A model generated the notes under the pieces. It did no database searches and was not told where the DNA came from. It was given only the letters and a program-made list of their open reading frames with translations. Shown here in pieces: positions 16,345-25,553 of a DNA stretch of 32,000 nt (position 1 is the first letter of the stretch; every line of letters starts with the position of its first letter). Source of the DNA: Telmatocola sphagniphila (lineage in GTDB: Bacteria > Planctomycetota > Planctomycetia > Gemmatales > Gemmataceae); assembly GCF_018398935.1 (NCBI RefSeq), contig NZ_CP074694.1, forward strand, positions 4,020,001-4,052,000, read 5' to 3'. The position numbers were made by a program, and so were the translations under genes.

Positions 16345-17796
16345 TTACGTGTTCACTTCACAGTTACTGGTGATATCGATTCCCAGTTTTTCCAGCTTCG
16401 CCCGCAACGTTGGCCGAGTGATACCCAGAATGGCGGCAGACTGACTGAGATTGCCCTTGGTAAACCGAATGACTTCGGCAATCAGCTCGGTTTCCAGAAG
16501 AGCCAGCATCTCCTGATGTAGTTCGGTGCCCCCTTCCTCGAGGCGTTTTTTGATGAAGCCCCGCAACATCCCGGTCCAACTGCCGCTCTTTGTCACCCCC
16601 GATTCCGGCGTCGCCGGGCCACGGACTTCGGCGATCTCATCGGGTAGAAATTCCGGAAGTAAATTGGGCCCGACCGTTCGCAACAGCGCTTGCTTGATCA
16701 CATTTTGAAGCTGCCGGATATTGCCCGGCCAGGGGTAATCCGTCAACAGCTGAATCACCTGTGGCTCGACCCCGGTGATCTTCTTCTCCAATTCAGATTC
16801 ATAGCGTCGGATGAAATAATGAACCAGCAGCGGAATATCTTCGCGTCTTTCGCGCAACGGCGGCAGTCGGATCGTGCAGACATTAATGCGATAGAGAAGG
16901 TCTTCGCGAAACTTCTCGTGAGTGATCATGTCGTCGAGGTTGCGGTTGGTGGCCGTGATCAGGCGAACATCCGCACGGATGGTTTCATTACCACCCACTC
17001 GTTCGAACTGCTGATCCTGCAGCACCCGCAGAACTTTCGCCTGCGTCAGAGGCGTCATATCGCCGATTTCATCGAGAAAAATTGTACCGCCGGAACTCTG
17101 CTCAAATTTGCCAATACGTCTGCGATCCGCGCCGGTGAAGGAGCCCTTCTCGTGGCCGAAGAGTTCACTCTCCAGAAGCGTTTCCGGTATGGCCGCGCAG
17201 TTGACGGCCATAAAAGGCTTGTCGGATCGCTTGCTGTAGTGATAGATCGCTCGGGCCACCAGTTCTTTGCCGGTTCCATTCTCGCCGAGAATCAGAACCG
17301 AGACATTGGTGGAGGCAACCCGTCCGATGGTTTTGTAGACCTCCTGCATCGCGGAAGAGCGGCCAATAATCGTTTCGCCGGTAGAGTCGTATTCAATTTC
17401 CGGATCGGGCAACCGGGCAGGCACCCGCATCAAACGGCTGATCTCGCATGCCTTGTTGACGCATTCCAGAAGCTGATCGGGATCGATCGGCTTCATGATG
17501 TAGTCGAAAGCGCCCTGACGCATGGCCATGATTGCGGTTTCGGCCGTGCCGTGACCAGTCATCAGGATGATGGGTATCCGCGAATCTATAGCCTTGAACT
17601 TTTCGACCAGATCCAGCCCCGACATATCGGGAAGCCGCACATCACTAATTACCACATCGGGTCGGTCTTCATTGAAAGTGTACAGCCCTTCCGCCCCCGT
17701 CAGAGCTTCCCGGACTTCGAATTCGTCCGGCGGAAAAGCATAATGGAAGCATTTAATCACCAGTGGATCATCGTCGATGACAATAAGACGCTTCAT
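16345..17796 (-). CDS. Sigma-54-dependent response regulator (NtrC family: REC + AAA+ activator + Fis-type HTH)
   Basis: REC domain: MKRLIVIDDDPL...DVVISDVRLPDMSG. Walker A: GENGTGKE. GAFTGA-type loop: GSFTGA. C-terminal HTH: NLSQSAAILGITRPTLRAKLEKLGI. Confidence 0.92.
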   Translation of the reverse strand: MKRLIVIDDDPLVIKCFHYAFPPDEFEVREALTGAEGLYTFNEDRPDVVISDVRLPDMSGLDLVEKFKAIDSRIPIILMTGHGTAETAIMAMRQGAFDYIMKPIDPDQLLECVNKACEISRLMRVPARLPDPEIEYDSTGETIIGRSSAMQEVYKTIGRVASTNVSVLILGENGTGKELVARAIYHYSKRSDKPFMAVNCAAIPETLLESELFGHEKGSFTGADRRRIGKFEQSSGGTIFLDEIGDMTPLTQAKVLRVLQDQQFERVGGNETIRADVRLITATNRNLDDMITHEKFREDLLYRINVCTIRLPPLRERREDIPLLVHYFIRRYESELEKKITGVEPQVIQLLTDYPWPGNIRQLQNVIKQALLRTVGPNLLPEFLPDEIAEVRGPATPESGVTKSGSWTGMLRGFIKKRLEEGGTELHQEMLALLETELIAEVIRFTKGNLSQSAAILGITRPTLRAKLEKLGIDITSNCEVNT

Positions 17797-18068
17797 GCGG
17801 AAATCACATATCTGCTAGGTGGGAACCGGTCGACTCTCCCTGTTAGTTTAAGACGATCGGTCCGCGTCGAGAATTTTTATTCTGATTGTTCTCCCGCCCA
17901 TCTTAACAGCAATTCCCGGACAAGGTGTGCCAAATTCGAAAAAGCATTTGTCACACCGGAAATTCACTTTCCAGAGTGGTCTGACAAACTGGCCTCTCGT
18001 TTTAGAAAATCAGTCGGTTATATCGCGAAAATGTCGCGTGTCGTTTTGGGATCGCCATTACGATGAAT

Positions 18069-18084
18069 TGGCACAAAGTCTGCA
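18069..18084 (+). promoter_or_regulatory. Sigma-54 (-24/-12) promoter candidate upstream of hsp20
   Basis: TGGCAC-aaagt-cTGCA against the consensus TGGCAC-N5-TTGCW. The GG (18070-71) and GC (18082-83) have the correct 12-nt offset. It lies about 95 nt upstream of the ATG at 18179 and next to a divergent sigma-54 activator gene. Confidence 0.65.
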
Positions 18085-18178
18085 TAAATAGTTTTTTGAA
18101 GATATTGGCTCTTTGAAAAATCTGGAAAAGATCGAGGAAACAATCGAAGAGCTTTCTCAAATTTAGGAGAATTCAGCC

Positions 18179-18670
18179 ATGCGTAATCAAGTAGTTCCGA
18201 ACCGCTTGTCTCAAACAGGTAACGGTATGCGTGGTGTTTCTCCCTTCACGGGTTTCCCACAACTGGCAAATCGTTATTTCTCCGATTTTGACCGGGCAAT
18301 GGAACGATTTTTCAACAACCCCTGGCAGTTACAACAGGACAAGTTCGATGCGAATTGGCGCTGGGGTGTGGAAGTGGAAGACAAAGAAAACATGGTCGTA
18401 GTGCAGGCCGAAGCTCCCGGATTCGAAGCGGGTGACTTCGACATCCAGGTACACGATGGGAATCTTTCCATCAAAGCCTGCCGAAAACAGGAAACCAAGA
18501 AGGATCAGGAAACCAGTAAAACGGAATGCACGTACAGCTACAGCGCCGGACTTCCAGCTGGTATCGAGCAGGACAAGATCGAAGCGAGCTACAAGAACGG
18601 AATACTGACGATTCAGCTGCCAAAATCCCCGGCAGCGAAAGCGCTGAAAATCGCGGTTAAGAAGAGCTGA
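18179..18670 (+). CDS. Hsp20/alpha-crystallin family small heat-shock protein
   Basis: The alpha-crystallin domain reads ...VVVQAEAPGFEAGDFDIQVHDGNLSIKA...EASYKNGILTIQLPK. AGGAG lies 9 nt before the ATG. Confidence 0.9.
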   Translation: MRNQVVPNRLSQTGNGMRGVSPFTGFPQLANRYFSDFDRAMERFFNNPWQLQQDKFDANWRWGVEVEDKENMVVVQAEAPGFEAGDFDIQVHDGNLSIKACRKQETKKDQETSKTECTYSYSAGLPAGIEQDKIEASYKNGILTIQLPKSPAAKALKIAVKKS

Positions 18671-18728
18671 CAAGAATTTCGGAGTACTTGCAGGCCAATT
18701 AGTTGTGAGATACTTCTGATTCGAGAGC

Positions 18729-18760
18729 GAGTGACGGATGAACGATTTCCTCCGTCACTC
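18729..18760 (+). terminator. Stem-loop terminator candidate after hsp20 (GAGTGACGGA, 12-nt loop, TCCGTCACTC, then ttaatatatt)
   Basis: A perfect 10-bp stem begins 59 nt after the stop codon and is followed by a T/A-rich stretch. Confidence 0.55.
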
Positions 18761-18810
18761 TTAATATATTCCTCGGAGTCGGCGCAGCGGGTTCCGGGGA
18801 GCAGTTGTTT

Positions 18811-21063
18811 ATGGCAGAAGAGTACGGCCTCAACGAAAACCTCTTTCATCAGATTATGGAGATATGCCCCCACGCTTTCATTTTTGCGATTGAGGGGAAA
18901 ATTGAATTTGTCAACTTCGAAGCCTGCCAGTTGCTCAATCGGTCTCAAACGAGCTTGTTACACCAGCCGCTTCGGGAAGTGGTTCCCTCCGAATTTCTCG
19001 CCGTCCTCAATGAGGATGAATTCCTAGCTGGGGGAGAAGGGGAAAAACGCGAGGAAATCATTCGATTCCATCCCGGAGATAAAGGAAAGGATCTCGAGGT
19101 TTACATCCGCCGACTCAAGGTCGGAGATAGGGAGGCCCGTTTGTTTGTCTTCCAGGATGTGACCGCTCGCATCGCCAGAGAAAATTCGATCCGCGAAAGC
19201 GAATCGAGAGTCACGGCGATCCTCGACACGGCAGTGGATGCCATCATCACCATCAATGACCGAGGAATTGTCGAATCCTTCAATCGGGCTGCTGAGCGGA
19301 TATTCGGTTACTCGGCTAGCGAGGTGATCGGTCAGAATGTCTCGCTCCTTATGCCGGCCCCGGATCGAGAGCGACATGATGAATACATCGATCGCTATAA
19401 GCGGACCGGGGAAAAGCGAATAATCGGGATTGGTCGGGAGGTGATCGGTCGAAAGAGGGATGGAACGCTGTTTCCGATTGATCTGGCCGTGGGGGAAAGT
19501 CAAACACCTAAGCAACGCCGATTCGTCGGTATGATTCGAGATATCTCGGATCGCAAAGCAGCGGAGGCGCGCATTCGAGAGCAAGCCGATCTCCTGGATA
19601 AAGTCAGCGATGCCGTGATCGTGCTCGATCTGGAAGACCGAGTCCTTTATTGGAATCGAGGCGCTGAAAGGCTTTATAAATACCCAGCCAGTGAAGCGGT
19701 TAATCGGAAGCTCTCAGAACTGGTGGAGACGGAATCGACAAATGCTCTGATTGCGGCCCGGGAGCAGGTTCGAGAATTTGGAATCTGGGATGGGGAGTTC
19801 CGTCAAACGACAAAAGGGCAAAAAATAGTCGTCGAATCGCACTGGACGCTCATTCGAGACGATGGAGGCAAACCCATGAGCATAGTCGCCATTCATCTGG
19901 ATGTCAGCGAACGCAAGGAACTGGAAGCCCGCTTCCTGAGAGCTCAACGTCTGGAAAGTATCGGGACGCTGGTTAGCGGTATCGCGCACGATTTGAATAA
20001 TGTCCTGACGCCGATTTTGATGACGATCAAGCTCCTCAAAAAAGAGAAACCCGGGCTGGATCGCAGAGGATTATTGGAAACGGCGGAGTTGAGCGTGAAT
20101 CGCGGTACCGCCATGATCAAGCAACTACTCACCTTTGCCGGGGGTATGGAAGGGGAGCGGACCACCGTTCAGCTCGACGAAGTGGCTTCGGAAGTGCAAA
20201 CGATTCTGGAACATACGCTGCCCAAATCGGTACGTCTCGAAATCCGCTGCGCCCGCCCCATCTGGCCAGTACGCGGTGACCGGACGCAACTGGCTCAGGT
20301 AGTGATGAATCTTTGCGTCAACTCCCGGGATGCCCTGCCGGGGGGTGGTTTAATTGATATTTCCATCGAAAATCGCATCTTCAGTACGAAAACGATCAGC
20401 CAGTATCCCGGCTCAAAACCAGGAGCCTACGTAGTTCTTTCGGTGACTGATAACGGCACCGGTATCGCTCCCGAAGTTCTCGATAAGATCTTCGATCCCT
20501 TCTTTACGACCAAGGAATTTGGTAAGGGAACGGGATTGGGATTATCGACCGTCGTCGGCATTGCCAAAAATCATGGCGGTTTCGTCAACGTCTATAGCGA
20601 ATTTGGCCGGGGCACGCGCATCAACTTTTTCATCCCGGCTACGCATTCGGCGGAATTGGCTCACTTACCCTTGGACGGGATCGCCGCTCAGAAAGGCAAT
20701 GGGGAATGCGTGCTGGTCGTCGACGATGAACCGGCCATTCTGATGACAACGCAAGCCATTCTCGAATCGAATGGCTATATCGTTCGCACGGCGTCCGGAG
20801 GTGAAGAAGCCCTCGCGATATTCCGGAAGTATCCCAAGGAGATCCGCGTTGTAGTCATGGATATGATGATGCCGGGCATGGATGGTCCTACTACCATGCA
20901 GAAGTTGCATGAATTGGATCGCGATCTCAAATTCATCGCCACCAGCGGCCTGCGACCCACGACTCGGGCGGCCAGCATCATAAGTTCCGAAGCCAAAGCC
21001 TTCCTTCAGAAACCTTATTCCGATGAACAGCTTCTCCAGGCACTGAACGATATCCTGGCTTAA
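18811..21063 (+). CDS. Hybrid sensor histidine kinase (multiple PAS domains + HisKA + HATPase_c + C-terminal receiver)
   Basis: PAS-like segments. H-box GIAHDLNNVLTPI, N-box NLCVNSRDA, G-boxes DNGTGI and GTGLGLS. Receiver: VLVVDDEP...VVVMDMMMPGMDG...KPY. I prefer the ATG at 18811 to the TTG at 18805. Confidence 0.9.
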   Translation: MAEEYGLNENLFHQIMEICPHAFIFAIEGKIEFVNFEACQLLNRSQTSLLHQPLREVVPSEFLAVLNEDEFLAGGEGEKREEIIRFHPGDKGKDLEVYIRRLKVGDREARLFVFQDVTARIARENSIRESESRVTAILDTAVDAIITINDRGIVESFNRAAERIFGYSASEVIGQNVSLLMPAPDRERHDEYIDRYKRTGEKRIIGIGREVIGRKRDGTLFPIDLAVGESQTPKQRRFVGMIRDISDRKAAEARIREQADLLDKVSDAVIVLDLEDRVLYWNRGAERLYKYPASEAVNRKLSELVETESTNALIAAREQVREFGIWDGEFRQTTKGQKIVVESHWTLIRDDGGKPMSIVAIHLDVSERKELEARFLRAQRLESIGTLVSGIAHDLNNVLTPILMTIKLLKKEKPGLDRRGLLETAELSVNRGTAMIKQLLTFAGGMEGERTTVQLDEVASEVQTILEHTLPKSVRLEIRCARPIWPVRGDRTQLAQVVMNLCVNSRDALPGGGLIDISIENRIFSTKTISQYPGSKPGAYVVLSVTDNGTGIAPEVLDKIFDPFFTTKEFGKGTGLGLSTVVGIAKNHGGFVNVYSEFGRGTRINFFIPATHSAELAHLPLDGIAAQKGNGECVLVVDDEPAILMTTQAILESNGYIVRTASGGEEALAIFRKYPKEIRVVVMDMMMPGMDGPTTMQKLHELDRDLKFIATSGLRPTTRAASIISSEAKAFLQKPYSDEQLLQALNDILA

Positions 21064-21176
21064 ACTTTCCGCAGAGTAAATTTATTATCCACCCTGATCG
21101 CCATTCGGCGAGGCTGGCTGACTGGCCAAGCCCGTGAATTCTCGACTCTCTCAGCTTTTTTCCCCCAGCGCTCACT

Positions 21177-21192
21177 TGGTATAGCACTTGCA
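21177..21192 (+). promoter_or_regulatory. Second sigma-54 (-24/-12) promoter candidate, upstream of the cytochrome gene
   Basis: TGGtAt-agcac-TTGCA. The GG (21178-79) and GC (21190-91) have the same 12-nt offset as the consensus. It lies 62 nt upstream of the ATG at 21254. Confidence 0.5.
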
Positions 21193-21253
21193 TAATTGTT
21201 CGGTGTTGCCGACTTTTCAATTGAACAGAAACAATCCACTCTTCGGGTAGATC

Positions 21254-21742
21254 ATGAAACAGATTATTGCTTCCCTTCTGGCAGTAGCCTTGGCAGCCGT
21301 TGGCCCGGTTGTCGCCTTCGGCCACTATCAGACCTCTCAGAATGAAAAGAAACAGAAGGCGGAGGAGAAAAAAAAGGTCAAAGAGTTGATGAGCCGGAAA
21401 CTGGAACTCTCGCACAAACTCCTCACGGCGATGATTTTGAACGACACCCAAAGTGCAGTCAAATCAGCCAAGGATTTACTGGAGGTCAGCAAAGATCCCG
21501 CCTGGCAATCGCTCATACCCAAGGATCGTCTGGAAGAATACCAGATCTGGAGCGATTCGTTCCGCAAGAATATTCGCAAGATCGGCGAGAGTGCCAAAGA
21601 AAACAATTTGGACGGCGCCAAAATGGGCTATCTGGAGATGACTCACACCTGTTTCAACTGCCACACGTACATACGGGACTTCGTAATAACACGACTCGAT
21701 AAGAACGATTCTGCGAAAACGAACCTGTTTGCGAATCGCTAG
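21254..21742 (+). CDS. Periplasmic class II cytochrome c (cytochrome c'/c556-like four-helix-bundle type)
   Basis: Signal peptide MKQIIASLLAVALAAVGPVVAFG. The body is predicted helical, with a single CxxCH (CFNCH) near the C-terminus, as in class II c-type cytochromes. Confidence 0.55.
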   Translation: MKQIIASLLAVALAAVGPVVAFGHYQTSQNEKKQKAEEKKKVKELMSRKLELSHKLLTAMILNDTQSAVKSAKDLLEVSKDPAWQSLIPKDRLEEYQIWSDSFRKNIRKIGESAKENNLDGAKMGYLEMTHTCFNCHTYIRDFVITRLDKNDSAKTNLFANR

Positions 21743-21785
21743 ATCGAGAGATAAACCTCGAGCACTTTTAATAAGGAGACGAGTC

Positions 21786-22070
21786 ATGGGATGGGCAGAA
21801 CATCGAATAGGCGAGTTCCATCAGGGCCGGTCCTCCAATTGGATGGAACGGCGAGCTCTGGAGCATGCCAACCCGGTACATCTGATCCTGAGCGTCCTGG
21901 CCATGGCGACTTTCATTTATGGCTGCTGGATGCACGAATGGATCTTTATCGGACTGGCACTCGTTCTTTCAATTGTCGGTCACGTTTACTGCTGGACCTT
22001 TCCGGAGAAGGGTGAGATCTTACTCAGGGCTCCGACATTTGAGAGTAATCCCACTTCCGTCCGGCCGTGA
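21786..22070 (+). CDS. Small 2-TM membrane protein, unknown function
   Basis: An in-frame ATG at 21786, preceded by taaggagac, within track ORF 21729..22070. Hydrophobic helices: HLILSVLAMATFIYGCW and IFIGLALVLSIVGHVYCW. Confidence 0.45.
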   Translation: MGWAEHRIGEFHQGRSSNWMERRALEHANPVHLILSVLAMATFIYGCWMHEWIFIGLALVLSIVGHVYCWTFPEKGEILLRAPTFESNPTSVRP

Positions 22071-22112
22071 GAAAGCTGGCCGGCGGTTCGGCCCGCGGAC
22101 TATTGATCGGAT

Positions 22113-22256
22113 ATGACGCAAAAGAAATCGGACCTACCGAGTAAAATTTGCCCGGTGTGTCAAAAGCCGTTTACCTGGCGAAAGAAGTGGGCACGCTGTT
22201 GGGCCGAAGTGCGCTTCTGTTCCGAACGATGCCGCCGCTCAAGGCACAGTCGCTGA
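22113..22256 (+). CDS. DUF2256 family small zinc-ribbon protein (47 aa)
   Basis: My own translation is [47 protein letters not shown]. This matches the DUF2256 pattern as I recall it (C-x2-C...FxWRKKW...YCSxxCR). It is not in the ORF track because it is shorter than 60 aa. Confidence 0.75.
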   Translation: MTQKKSDLPSKICPVCQKPFTWRKKWARCWAEVRFCSERCRRSRHSR

Positions 22257-23336
22257 TCATTTCTGAGAAGCATCCACATAGACATCGAGTTGCTGTCCGA
22301 TATATAAAGGCACCGATTTTTCTGCCACTTTATATATCACTTGCAACACCCGCGTATCGACTCGTTCGCTACCCGAACCGGTAAGCGATTTTTTCGGAAT
22401 GACATAGGGTTCGATGCGTACGAAACTCAAGGAAATTTCGGTCTGCGGATCGCCCCGCCGAAACGCTTTGGCCGGCAATCCGGGCTTGAAACGAGTCAAA
22501 TCATTTTCATCCACATCCATACGGATGTGCAAGGTGGAGGTATCGCCCATAATGAACAACGCCTGAGAAGGAGGAATTCCGACGTACTCGCCGGGCCGAA
22601 CATTCTTCTGAAGAATTTGACCGGAAATCGGAGCGTTGACAACGTTGCGTTCCAACTCGATTTTGGTCTGCATCAATAACGCACGCGATTGGTCCACCGC
22701 TCGTTGAGCGACGAGTTTATCGGGTTCCCAGGCTCCGGCTTCGGTCAGTTTCAAATCGGCTTCGGCTTTCTGAAGTTGCGCTTCCGACACAGCGACGGCA
22801 TTCCTCTTGGTAATTAATTCTTCCTCGCCGATAGCCCCTGTTTTCGCCAACCTCTGCGCCCGATTGTACAGGTCCCGGGCATTATCGAGATTTGCCTGAG
22901 CCTCGAAATACTTGGCTTTCAATGGAGGAATCTCTTCCGCACGCGGCTGATCTCGAAGACGTTTGAGTTGCGCCTCCGCGGCGCTGAGATTTGCCGATCG
23001 AACGGCGTATTCCGCATTCAATTGGCGATCGTCCAAGCGCAGCAGGCGGTCACCTGCCCGAACCTGATCCCCAACGTTGACAAAAACTTCGGCAACGACC
23101 CCTGGCAAATGCGATCCGATTGAAATATTTTCCGAGCGCGGCTCTACAATCCCCGAACCGGCAATGCTCGAGCTAAAGGGATTCTTCGAGGGTTCGACGA
23201 TGGGATTCAGCTTAGGTGGCGTCTGCTGCGATTTAGCTACATGCGCGGCGGCCAATCCCAGCAGGCCGATGGCAATCAACGGTAGCAAATATTTATGAAA
23301 CACGTACCAGCTCCCAGGAATCGGAATTTCATGCAC
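22257..23336 (-). CDS. HlyD/DevB-type membrane fusion protein (periplasmic adaptor) of an ABC exporter
   Basis: N-terminal TM helix, a lipoyl/beta-barrel motif (GVVAEVFVNVGDQVRAGDRLLRLD), and a long coiled coil. It uses a GTG start that overlaps the ATPase gene by 8 nt. Confidence 0.85.
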   Translation of the reverse strand: MHEIPIPGSWYVFHKYLLPLIAIGLLGLAAAHVAKSQQTPPKLNPIVEPSKNPFSSSIAGSGIVEPRSENISIGSHLPGVVAEVFVNVGDQVRAGDRLLRLDDRQLNAEYAVRSANLSAAEAQLKRLRDQPRAEEIPPLKAKYFEAQANLDNARDLYNRAQRLAKTGAIGEEELITKRNAVAVSEAQLQKAEADLKLTEAGAWEPDKLVAQRAVDQSRALLMQTKIELERNVVNAPISGQILQKNVRPGEYVGIPPSQALFIMGDTSTLHIRMDVDENDLTRFKPGLPAKAFRRGDPQTEISLSFVRIEPYVIPKKSLTGSGSERVDTRVLQVIYKVAEKSVPLYIGQQLDVYVDASQK

Positions 23337-24039
23337 TCAGCGTTGCGACAGAGGCGCCATCGACTATTCTTTCGATCAAGCCATCGGCCATTTCCAGGAT
23401 CCGATCGCCGAATTTATAGACTCGATTATCGTGTGTGACGATTATCACCGCGCGATCGGGTTTACAAGCGACCTCTTTCAAAAGTTCCATCACGGTCTGC
23501 CCCGATTTTCCATCGAGCGCCGCGGTCGGCTCGTCGCAGACCAGTAGCCGGGGCTCATGCACCAGGGCCCGCGCAATCGCCACCCGCTGCTGCTGCCCAC
23601 CGGAGAGCTGTGCTGGCAGCGATCGAATCTTATCGCTCAACCCAACCTTCCGGAGCATCTCCGCCGCTCGATCCACTGCTTTGGTCCGCGACCAACCGGC
23701 GATAATCAGTGGTACCGCCGCATTCTCCGCGGCCGTTAATGCCGGCATCAGGTTATACTGCTGAAAGACAAAGCCGATGTTTTTGCTGCGAAAGGCGGTT
23801 TTGCGACCCCCTCGAAGTTTGGAGATGCATTCGCTGAGTACCCAGACTTCTCCTTCAGTCGGATCAAGAAGCCCGGCGATTAAAGAGATTAAAGTCGTTT
23901 TACCGCAGCCCGAGGGGCCAACCAGAAGCGTCATTTCTCCAAAGCGAACGTTCGTATCAATACCGCGCAGAACCTGTACGCGCGTATCTCCCTCGCCGAA
24001 GAATTTCTCAACACGTACGCAGCGGACAGCGGATTCCAT
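23329..24039 (-). CDS. ABC transporter ATP-binding protein (MacB/LolD/DevA-like)
   Basis: Walker A GPSGCGKTT, signature LSGGQQQR, Walker B LLVCDEPT, H-loop VTHD. Confidence 0.92.
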   Translation of the reverse strand: MESAVRCVRVEKFFGEGDTRVQVLRGIDTNVRFGEMTLLVGPSGCGKTTLISLIAGLLDPTEGEVWVLSECISKLRGGRKTAFRSKNIGFVFQQYNLMPALTAAENAAVPLIIAGWSRTKAVDRAAEMLRKVGLSDKIRSLPAQLSGGQQQRVAIARALVHEPRLLVCDEPTAALDGKSGQTVMELLKEVACKPDRAVIIVTHDNRVYKFGDRILEMADGLIERIVDGASVATLSA

Positions 24040-24054
24040 CGACCACGCCTCGGG

Positions 24055-25212
24055 TTAGCGAAAGACCACTGCTGGTTCGAGAAAGAGAACTTTGCGAATA
24101 CTGAGCAGACTGGCCAGTACGACGATGACTGTCACCGCCCCGGCAGCGATCAGCATGATCTCCCAGTACATATGGAAGCCTTTCAAGGCAGGCACTCCAC
24201 CAGTGCCCTCGAAAAAAATGGCGGCTAAACCCATTCCCAATCCGTAACCAATACAGCCAACGGTAAAGCCTTGAGTCAGGATCATGCCAATAATTCGCAG
24301 ATTGGAGAGTCCCATCGCCTTCAAGGCTCCGAACTGCTTGAGATTTTCGAGAGTGAAGAGGTAAAATGTCTGCCCGGCAATTGCGACCCCCACTACGAAT
24401 CCCAGCATCACCGTGATGCCGAAGTTCACCGGAATACCCGTTGAAGAGAGATAGAATTGAATCGTCTCCCAACAGAAAGCCTCCTGGGTTACCGCTTTCA
24501 ATCGCGTCTGTTGTTGAATCCTCTGGCACAGATCATTGTGATTCACCCCCTCCTGAGCTTTAACCACCAGGAAGGTCAATAGCCGTCGTTCGGGAGGTGC
24601 GAAATTCAGAGCGTTCGAGTAACGGGTATAAAAGATAGCGTTGGAAAGAAATGGAGGATTTGCTTCACAAATGCCGACGACTACCGCCCGACAGTCATTC
24701 ATCTCCAGCACTTGCCCCAACCGAAAGGGCTGACCCGGCCAGAGGTAGTTATAACCGATGGTATCCACGATCACAGCATCGGGCTTTTTGAGATCGGCAA
24801 TATCTCCCATTACCAAGGTTCGGGGCAAACCGATTAAGCTGTTGTCATCAACTCCGATCAGGATCACCTGTCGGAAGTCGCCTTTAACCCCCTGCTCGTT
24901 GCCCTGAGCCAACCTGGCACGAATGCTTCCTTTGAACAGTCGTACAGCCCATTCCACCCCGGCCACACTGCGAACTCGATCCACATCGGTATCCGCCAGA
25001 GGCAATGCTTCATCGATGTAACGGGTATTGGGATCCATCACCCAGATATCGGCCTCGCGGACATCGCGAATCACACTGGTGGTACGCGCCATCAGACTGA
25101 TGAAAATGGAGATTTGGTGTGCCATCAAAAGAGAGGCGAAAGTCACTCCGAAAATAATCCCCAAGTACTTGGCCCGATCTCCCGTGAGCATTTTGAGTGC
25201 AAGCCAAATCAT
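24055..25212 (-). CDS. ABC transporter permease, FtsX/MacB-type (DevC-like)
   Basis: About 385 aa: an N-terminal TM helix, a large periplasmic domain, then three C-terminal TM helices (the FtsX-like layout). The ATG at 25212 is preceded by GGAG with a 7-nt spacer. The track lists a TTG at 25215. Confidence 0.85.
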   Translation of the reverse strand: MIWLALKMLTGDRAKYLGIIFGVTFASLLMAHQISIFISLMARTTSVIRDVREADIWVMDPNTRYIDEALPLADTDVDRVRSVAGVEWAVRLFKGSIRARLAQGNEQGVKGDFRQVILIGVDDNSLIGLPRTLVMGDIADLKKPDAVIVDTIGYNYLWPGQPFRLGQVLEMNDCRAVVVGICEANPPFLSNAIFYTRYSNALNFAPPERRLLTFLVVKAQEGVNHNDLCQRIQQQTRLKAVTQEAFCWETIQFYLSSTGIPVNFGITVMLGFVVGVAIAGQTFYLFTLENLKQFGALKAMGLSNLRIIGMILTQGFTVGCIGYGLGMGLAAIFFEGTGGVPALKGFHMYWEIMLIAAGAVTVIVVLASLLSIRKVLFLEPAVVFR

Positions 25213-25434
25213 CAATTAGCTCCGGGTATGACCCCAGTTTACAGAGCCGATCAATTTAACGTCCGCGGGACTGATTGAAGTACTCAGTTTCTCCGCACCC
25301 TACTCCGACAGTGCGTCATCGTGATGTAAGGTGTAATCCACGTCAAGTGCAGCCTGATCAGGAGTTCGATTTCTAATCGGGATTACTACACGCGAAGGAT
25401 AACTGCTCTAAGAGAAACTTAAAAGAACTGAAAT

Positions 25435-25468
25435 GTCCCCATTCACCATAGTTAGCAAGGGTGGGGAC
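25435..25468 (-). terminator. Stem-loop (GTCCCCA, 20-nt loop, TGGGGAC) followed on the minus strand by a T-rich tail
   Basis: The minus strand reads GTCCCCAcccttgctaactatggtgaaTGGGGACatttcagttcttttaagtttctc. It lies about 86 nt downstream of the TRIC-family gene stop. Confidence 0.4.
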
Positions 25469-25553
25469 GCCGCTGTCAAGTGTCCGGACAACTTTCATCA
25501 AAATTTCAGACTCAATGGATTCGAATTATTGAATGGATTGCAGGAAGTGGCAA

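Noticed and set aside
16690-18066. 458-aa plus-strand ORF
   Set aside because: It lies entirely antisense to the sigma-54 activator gene, whose minus-strand product has unmistakable REC, AAA+ and HTH motifs. The plus-strand product is Arg/Gly-rich low-complexity sequence with no recognisable motifs. This is a typical shadow ORF.
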